A DNA stretch of 64,000 nt from Octopus vulgaris (taxonomy: Eukaryota), in the NCBI GenBank assembly GCA_951406725.2, contig OX597815.1, positions 125,860,001 through 125,924,000 on the forward strand, given 5' to 3'. The translations under genes were made by a program, and so were the position numbers. Positions 56,836 to 64,000 of this stretch are shown here, in pieces. The notes beneath the pieces were generated by a model, which made no database searches, was not told where the DNA came from, and worked only from the letters and a program-made list of their open reading frames with translations. Each line of letters starts with the position of its first letter. Positions within the stretch are counted from its first letter, which is position 1.

Positions 56836-58135
56836 CATTGTATGTGTGTGTGTGAAAGTTATCATGTCTGCTTCTTGCATAAAGTTGTCTGAGTAAAAAA
56901 AAACTGTGTCAACATGCTTACATTCCCTGAAAACATTACAACCTGTGGCTCTGTGCCCCTGAAGAAGCAGAATAAAAGCTTCTTTACTTGATAAACAGGA
57001 AATGGTTGATGACAGGAAGAGTATCCACCCATAACAACAATGCTTCAAATATCCCACCATAATTATATTCTCGTAACTTAGCAGTTCGGCAAAAGAGACT
57101 AATAGAATAAGCATCAGACTTAAAGATAAGTACTGGGATGAATTTGTTCAACAACATCCTTCAAAGTGGTGCCCCATCATGACCGCAGTCCAATGAATGA
57201 AACAAGTAAAAGATAAAAGATATAAAAACAGACAAATAAATAAAAAAAAATAAATGATTATAAAAAAGTAAGCCATTGAAGTCTTTGACAAAGTAAAACA
57301 ATTTTATTTTATCAACAGGACAAATTTAAAGAAAATTAACAAGTATTTAAAAAATAATAATTAAGAACTGGACAATCACAAAAATTATTTCCGTTGTTTA
57401 CATATGAAAATAACATAGTAGTTTATATAACAACTTGACTTGGAGAAAAGGAATGGGAATGGCAGTGATTGTAGTAGTAGTAGTAGTTGTAGAATTAGTA
57501 GTACCTGAGTGGATGATTAGGATCTGATGAAGCTCCCTTGTGCGTTCTCTGAAATCTTCTCATAGTTCTTCTCAGTACCAACTGACAATGGTAAGGATAA
57601 CTTTGTTTTCTGATATTTTGTCATAAGCATAACTAAACTTTGAAACAGAACTTTACAGTCCTTATTAAAAACTTCTATTTACCGTCATAGTATTCTAATC
57701 TTGTCTTACAGGATTTGATTTCTGACACTTCAGTCAGCTCTGTGTTAAGTTGTTCTCTATCTCGTTCTAACTGCTTCACCCCAGGAGGAATTTCTTATAC
57801 TCTACGCAAGGTGCTAATGGATGGTCAAGTTAAAAAAAGTAATGGACATCCAGCTACAAAGTAGACTGTGTGTATTGTCACTAACACTACATTGTGTTTA
57901 AGGTTAAATGATGATTCAGCTGTCAAATGTTCCAGTCTACTTGGTCATAAACAGAATCTACAGACCAAGAATGGCTGACCCATAAGAACACAGTTAAATT
58001 CTCAACATCAAGAATGAAGGAGTCTCTCTGTGTGGTAGCTTGAATTACTAGAAACATCAGCCAAATCTCTCTCAAATCATATTCTACCATCTTAAAAAAA
58101 GGTAAGGACAATCTAATCCTAGACTGTTTTGCAAT

Positions 58136-58253
58136 CATCATCATCATCATCATCATCATTTAGCGTCCGTTTTCCATGCTAGCATGGGTTGGACGGTTCT
58201 ACTGGGGTCTGTGAAGCCAGAAGGCTTCATCAGGCCCAGTCAAATCTGGCAAT
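58136..58253 (-). mobile_element. Short retroposon 3' end with (GAT)n tail (family D, probably RTE-related)
   Basis: (CAT)n-TTAGCGTCCGTTTTCCATGCTAGCATGGGTTGGACGG; further copies at 59625-59790 (+), 60852-61042 (-) and 61078-61227 (-). Confidence 0.75.
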
Positions 58254-59509
58254 ATATTAAAAAGTAAAAAACATTAGTGCAAAGCTGAAATGCCTTTGAT
58301 CATGGTGTCTATTGATGTAATCCTTTAGCATTTAAACCAACTATATCCGGCCCAAATCTCCTACACGTTTTACGTTCAAATTGGCCAGATCCAGCCTCTC
58401 ACACCTACACTCCAATGTCATTCTAAAAATAAACAGTCACATCATCAAAATCTCAAAGCTACAAGATAATTCATGATTAATTTAAAAGCAATGTGAATGA
58501 CAAAGTATTACACTTGACAGAGTAGTCTGGGTTAAAGCTGACTCTGGGACTAAACAACATCAACAACAACAATAACCATAGTCTAAAAGGGAAGCTGCTG
58601 GTCAACAGAGTCTACAACTCAAATTCAATTCTATATTGGCTTCATTTCTCTTCCTTGATTTTGATACTTCATGAAAAGAATCCCCCAAAACTCCACTGAA
58701 TGACTCCCTTAGCTATAATGGTTTCTTTGGACATGATTCAAAGATTGATAAAGAAAGAAATATATGTTCAGTGGAATCATTGCTGCTATATTATTAGTAC
58801 TTATTTCTTTTAAGTCCTAGTGGAATGAAAGAAAAAGATGACAGAAACAGGATCGGAGCTTAGAATCAAATGGAATACTATTACGGATTTATCATTTACA
58901 CAATCTCTTCTACCAGAAATATGATGATTTTACTATGATTGGACTGGAGTTCTCAGGACTATTTGGACAAGAAATAGGAAAAACTGCAAGATAGAACTCC
59001 AATGGGATTTATGTAGTAGGATATAACCATAATGATCTCCCTTGAATTCAACAATAATGTTAACATGTCAATTCATAAACATTCAAACCACTACTAGTTG
59101 GTTTTTGTCTTATATCTATATAATTTTGTATCTCAAAGAAAGAAAGAAAGTACAAAAAAAAAAGGTGTCAGATTTAAGATAATACATCCATACTTAGATT
59201 ATTTTTAAAGTTTTTTTTTAATAACCTTGAATAGTATATTAGCATTTAATGAAATAAAATACTTGTGCAATCAGTGCAGAGTTTCTCAGATAGGTTTCAG
59301 CAAGTAATGATACTGATTATGATGATTGAATAGCATCAGACACTTACCACATAAATAAAATATATCTTCTTCATTTAGGTATAATAAGAAAGCAATACAA
59401 TGAAATAACAAGTAAGATGAAATCTGTAATAGGAGACTGGACTGTCGTTCTATAATATTCACAATGTTGCAGAAGAAAACGAAACATTTACACACACAAA
59501 CACACAAAA

Positions 59510-59540
59510 TTATGTGGCGCAAGCACAAAATATATACAGA

Positions 59541-59586
<46 letters not shown>

Positions 59587-59617
59587 TCTGTATATATTTT
59601 GTGCTTGCGCCACATAA
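59510..59617. repeat. Palindrome centred on (TA)n
   Basis: TATGTGGCGCAAGCACAAAATATATACAGATATAT...ATATATCTGTATATATTTTGTGCTTGCGCCACATA. Confidence 0.95.
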
Positions 59618-60851
59618 AAAGCACTAAGTCCGCTCTGCTGTGTGGTTGGTATTAGGAAGAGCATCTAGCTGTAAAAATCCTGCCAAAACAGTCACAGAAG
59701 TCTGGTGCATGATTCTGCCTCGCTGGCTCTTGAAAAACTATCCCACCTACGCTAGCATGGATGGTGGACATTAAATGATAATGATGATATATATATGTGT
59801 GTGTGTGTATGTATGTATTTAGCCCTCCCGGGTGTCCAAAAGTCACCCTCCCCATGAAACAAGTTGGTAAGTTTAGTTGCTGATAAGTCCACTATGCAAC
59901 ATGTTGTACTGGGTTACATGTTACCAGTAGCACTATGAAGCGACCTGACCCACATAAGTGAAGTTAACATTCCAGATTTTTGTTTGTGTGTAACTTGAGT
60001 TTTCATGGGAGAGAGTCTCCTTTATACAACTTAAGATAATCACCAATCACAAAAATGTTATCTAATTCCTCCTATCTAACTATATACGTATATGAATACA
60101 CACACACACACACAAACGTCTAGCTGATCTCATGAGCATGACCCAATATCTTGTACTACACTTTTGCTAATTGTTTTAGCAAGCAGACAAAATGTCACAA
60201 GTACGACAAAACATGTTCTTGGCTCTACCACCCTTGCCATAGTGTAACACTGAGGATGTGACAGCAGGAGGGAGAGAGTGCTGCAGCCTCAGTCAGCTGG
60301 TTTTCATCTTTAGCTTACTAGACTGAAGCAATAGGAAATGATGTGCCTTGCTCAATGACACAGGGCAATCCCCAGTTCAGGAACTGAAATAGTGAATTTA
60401 TGATTGTGAGCCTAACAAAATGGTCACATGCTTCTATAGATTTACACACACACACACGTATATGAATATATCTAAATATATGTTATGTCAGATCATTATG
60501 TAACCCTGTACGACCTGTTGCATGATCAGACTACTGGCAACTAAACTGGCTGTGCTATCAAATCATCTTGGTAAGAAGGATAGTTTTCATTCTGTCCTAC
60601 TACCTTGTAGGATGGAAAACAAAACCTAGAAGGGTCAGCAGCCATCCAACAGCTGGGACACACCTAATCTTTGTTTAAACATATCTTTTGAGAAAATGCA
60701 TATACTGTTTAGAGAGTGGGTTGGCCCTGTACAAGGCCTTTTCTCACTTTAAAAACCTTCCAACTCAGGCATCACATGATTTTTAACATCTCCATAATGT
60801 GTTGCATACTATGGCTGGTCATAATAAAAAACAAACAAGACACACATATAT

Positions 60852-61045
60852 ATCATCATCATCGTTTAATGTCCATTTTCCATGTTAGCATGGGTTAGAC
60901 AGTTTGACCGGGTCTGGGAAGCCAGGAGGCTGCACTAGGCTCCAGTTTGATCTTGCAGTGTTTCTACAGCTGGATGCCCTTCCTAATCCCAACCACTCTG
61001 TGAGTGTAGTGGGTGCTTTTTACGTGCCACCGGCACAGGGGCATA

Positions 61046-61077
<32 letters not shown>

Positions 61078-61227
61078 CATCATCATCATCGTTTAACGTC
61101 CGTTCTCCATGCTAGCATGGGTTGGACGGTTCGACCGGGGATCTGGGAAGCCAGAAGGCTGCACCAGGCTCCAGTCTTATCTGGCAATGTTTCTACAGCT
61201 GGATGCCCTTCCTAATGCCAACCACAT
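60852..61227 (-). mobile_element. Two tandem family-D retroposon ends
   Basis: CATCATCGTTTAA.GTCC.TT.TCCATG.TAGCATGGGTT...TTTCTACAGCTGGATGCCCTTCCTAAT.CCAACCAC occurs twice. Confidence 0.8.
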
Positions 61228-61460
61228 TCATATACATATATATATATATACATAATACATATATATATATATATATACATAATACATATATATATATACA
61301 CATAATACATATATATATATATATATATACACATAATACATATATACATATATATACACATAATACATATATACATATATATACACATAATACATATATA
61401 CATATATATACACATAATACATATATACATATATATACACATAATACATATATACATAGG
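61228..61460. repeat. ~24-bp AT-rich minisatellite (CATAATACATATATACATATATATACA-like)
   Basis: Directly visible, about nine units. Confidence 0.9.
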
Positions 61461-61810
61461 TGTATATATATATATATATATATACTTATATATACATATA
61501 TAGATTTGCATATGTGTATATATATATACTTTTATATACATATATAAATTTGCATATATGTATACATATACACACACACACATATATATATGTCAGTGGC
61601 TAACATATAAAAAAATTACCATATCGGTAAAATTAATTTTTAAGTATATAATTATATTAAGAGTGCTGGAATGGAAGCACCAATATATGCTAGAAGTAGA
61701 TGTGAAATACCTACAATCCACTCTAAATTTGTTCTCTAGTAGATGGAATGTATATGTGCGAAATGCATGTATATATTGGTATCTGTACGAATAGATTTAT
61801 TGATATGTAT

Positions 61811-62193
61811 ACTCTCTCTTGTTTCAGTCATGTGACTGTGGCCATGCTGGAGCAGCACCTTTAGTCGAGTAAATTGACCCCACGACTCATTCTTTGTAAG
61901 CCTAGTAGTTATACTATCGGTCTCTTTTGCTGAACCGCTAAGTTACGTGGACATAAACACACCAGCATCAGTTGTTAAGCGATGTTGGGGGGACAAACGC
62001 AGACACACATACATATATATACATATATATGACGGGCTTCTTTCAGTTTCCGTCTACCAAATCCACTCACAAGGCTTTGGTCGGCCCAAGGCTATAGTAG
62101 AAGATACTTGCCCTAGGTGCCACGCAGGGGGACTGAACCCGGAACCGTGTGGTTAGTAAGCAAGCTACTTACCACACGGCCACTCCTACGCCT
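61811..62193 (-). mobile_element. Family-A SINE inserted in the tandem unit
   Basis: Full family-A body through CTTACCACACGGCCACTCCTACGCCT. Confidence 0.9.
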
Positions 62194-62231
62194 ATATGTA
62201 TATATATTTTTTGCTTATATATTTGTTGGTG

Positions 62232-62294
62232 TATCTCTACTGAGGATTGCAAAGTAATCTTTATTACAGAGCATGAAATTTTAAGATATAGGAT
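62232..62294 (+). ncRNA. Minimal hammerhead ribozyme-like motif, copy 1
   Basis: CTA-CTGAGGA-TTGC...GTAAT-CTTT-ATTAC...GCAT-GAAATTTTAAGAT-A-TAG: stem I CTA/TAG, stem II TGC/GCA, near-palindromic stem III, AUA triplet. Confidence 0.6.
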
Positions 62295-62750
62295 TATTCA
62301 ACATTTTGTAAATCTTGTTTCTTACCTTGCATCCAACTTGGGGTTATAAATAGAGAACAAATTTAAAGTAGATTATAAGTACTTGACATCTACTTATAGT
62401 GTATAGGCACTGGCATTCCAGTGCCCTTAATTATAACTATATTTTTATAATTATACAATTAAAAATTAATTTTACCAATATGGTCATTTTTTATATGCTT
62501 GCCACAGATATAATCATTTTACTGATTATATCCTCAATTTATAAGTATAAATAATTTTTGAGTACTCGAGTCCTTATTTTATGCTGCGGTACTACACTTG
62601 ATCCGTATGATTTCTGACATTAACCACATGGTCAAGATGGGCTAGTTGATGGAATGAATGTATACATGGGAAATGCATGTATATATTGGTATCTGTAGGA
62701 ATAAATTTATCGGTATGTATATGTACTTTTTGCTTATATATTTGCCAGTG

Positions 62751-62813
62751 TATCTCTACTGAGGATTGCAAAATAATCTTTATTACAGAGCATGAAATCT
62801 TAAGATATTGGAT
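62751..62813 (+). ncRNA. Minimal hammerhead ribozyme-like motif, copy 2
   Basis: CTGAGGA...GAA-ATCTTAAGAT-A: perfect palindromic stem III, AUA triplet; stem I has one mismatch. Confidence 0.6.
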
Positions 62814-63024
62814 TATCTGACATTTTGTAAATCTTCTAGCTCATTACCTGGGGTTATAAATAGGGGTTATTAGACCTGGGGTTATAAACAGAGAACACAT
62901 TTAGAATGGATTGTAGGTATTTGACATCTACTTCTAATATTTAGGCATTGGCATTCTAGTGCCCTTAATTATAATTATATTTCAAAATATATACATATAT
63001 ATATTCATATATGTATATATATAG

Positions 63025-63096
63025 CACCAGGTGGTGCTATTAAGTTAGACATGGCCTGGGCCAATAATGGCCGAAACCTATCAAAGTATCAAAGTA
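63025..63096 (+). mobile_element. 72-bp extreme 3' end of the CR1-like LINE, in (TA)n
   Basis: Identical by eye to the reverse complement of the 3' terminus of the 30445-31583 element, including the (TATCAAAG)n tail. Confidence 0.92.
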
Positions 63097-63155
63097 TATG
63101 CATATATATATACACACACATACATACGCCTAAAGATAGATATAGATAGAGAGAT

Positions 63156-63199
<44 letters not shown>

Positions 63200-64000
63200 G
63201 TAGGTAGGTAGGTAGATTAGTAGATTGATAGAAGATGGAAAGCCAGATATATGTGTTTATTACAAATTGAGGAATTCAATATATATATTGACTTCTTTGC
63301 TATTAGGACTTTTATACATAAATGCATACATACAAACACACACACATGGTCATATCTAAATATATATATACACATACATACACACACACACATATATAAT
63401 ATATATACACATATAAACTCACATAAAGGTTTTAATATCTGAATATGGAAAATGATTTATTTCTGTGATGTAAAAACAGTCGTTCATCTACCTGACATCA
63501 GACTGACATGTTAAAAATATATCATTTTCATTTATTGGCTCCATAAGAGAAAATTATTTTCCCCACCCAAAACTGATTCCTTAAAATAAACTATAAACAA
63601 TAAAAATTGAAATTTTTTTAAAACATCACTTGTTTGGCTGCATTTCTAGAGCCATTAAGCATAGCTGCCATGAAGAATGAAGTCACCTGTACATGACACT
63701 GCAACAGACAGAGAGAGAGAGAGAGAGAGAGAGAATAGTTAACTCAGAGTGTGGCATGTGTGTGTGTGTGTGTGTGTTTATGTGTGTGCAGATATGATTG
63801 TTTCTTTTAAAGAGAGAGAAAGAACAGGAAAAGGAAAAAAAAAAGGTAATAACATTTTCATAAATTTGACTGTAAAAACAAATGTAGCTGACTGTAAATA
63901 CTGTGATGCAAGAATTTATAGAAGAAATCTGTGTCAAACATGTGACAATGAAGGCAAAAGCTGTGTCTCACATGTATAATCAAACTGGGGGAAAAAAAAA

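Larger units (their letters stand above)
61593..62990 (+). mobile_element. Non-coding Penelope-like / retrozyme-like tandem repeat (519-bp unit) with an inverted leading segment and hammerhead motifs
   Basis: Unit 1 61738-62642 (split by a SINE), unit 2 62643-62990; 61593-61738 is the reverse complement of ~62350-62508; CTGAGGA...GAAA motifs at 62240 and 62759. Confidence 0.7.

Noticed and set aside
61228-61460. Regularly spaced short repeats resembling a CRISPR array
   Set aside because: No unique spacers; it is an AT-rich minisatellite in eukaryotic DNA with no cas genes.

Overview
AT-rich, microsatellite-dense eukaryotic DNA. The repeat content (tRNA-headed SINE families, RTE/CR1/R4-type LINEs, Tc1/mariner) resembles an octopus or other coleoid cephalopod genome; this is an inference from repeat families I recognise. 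No complete host protein-coding gene can be supported, and nearly all listed six-frame ORFs are microsatellite or repeat artefacts. The window is a transposon graveyard. It holds a young 5'-truncated CR1-like LINE with an open RT frame (30445-31583), a full-length but dead IR/DR-type Tc1 element (32997-34900), several R4/Dong-like restriction-like-endonuclease LINE fragments, L1/Tx1, RTE and gypsy relics, five MITE copies and dozens of SINEs. The most interesting signals are: (i) at least seven minimal hammerhead-ribozyme-like motifs in Penelope-like/retrozyme-like non-coding repeats beside (TA)n tracts, including a 519-bp tandem unit with an inverted leading copy; (ii) apparent partitioning of microsatellite targets among retroelements (R4-like LINE in (TACA)n, CR1-like LINE in (TA)n, Nin/Deu-type SINE in (ATT)n); (iii) several long fold-back palindromes and an inverted SINE pair; (iv) a CpG-rich promoter/first-exon candidate near 7.0-7.4 kb and a CpG-depleted domain over the last ~14 kb. 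All calls were made by eye, without alignment or database searches.
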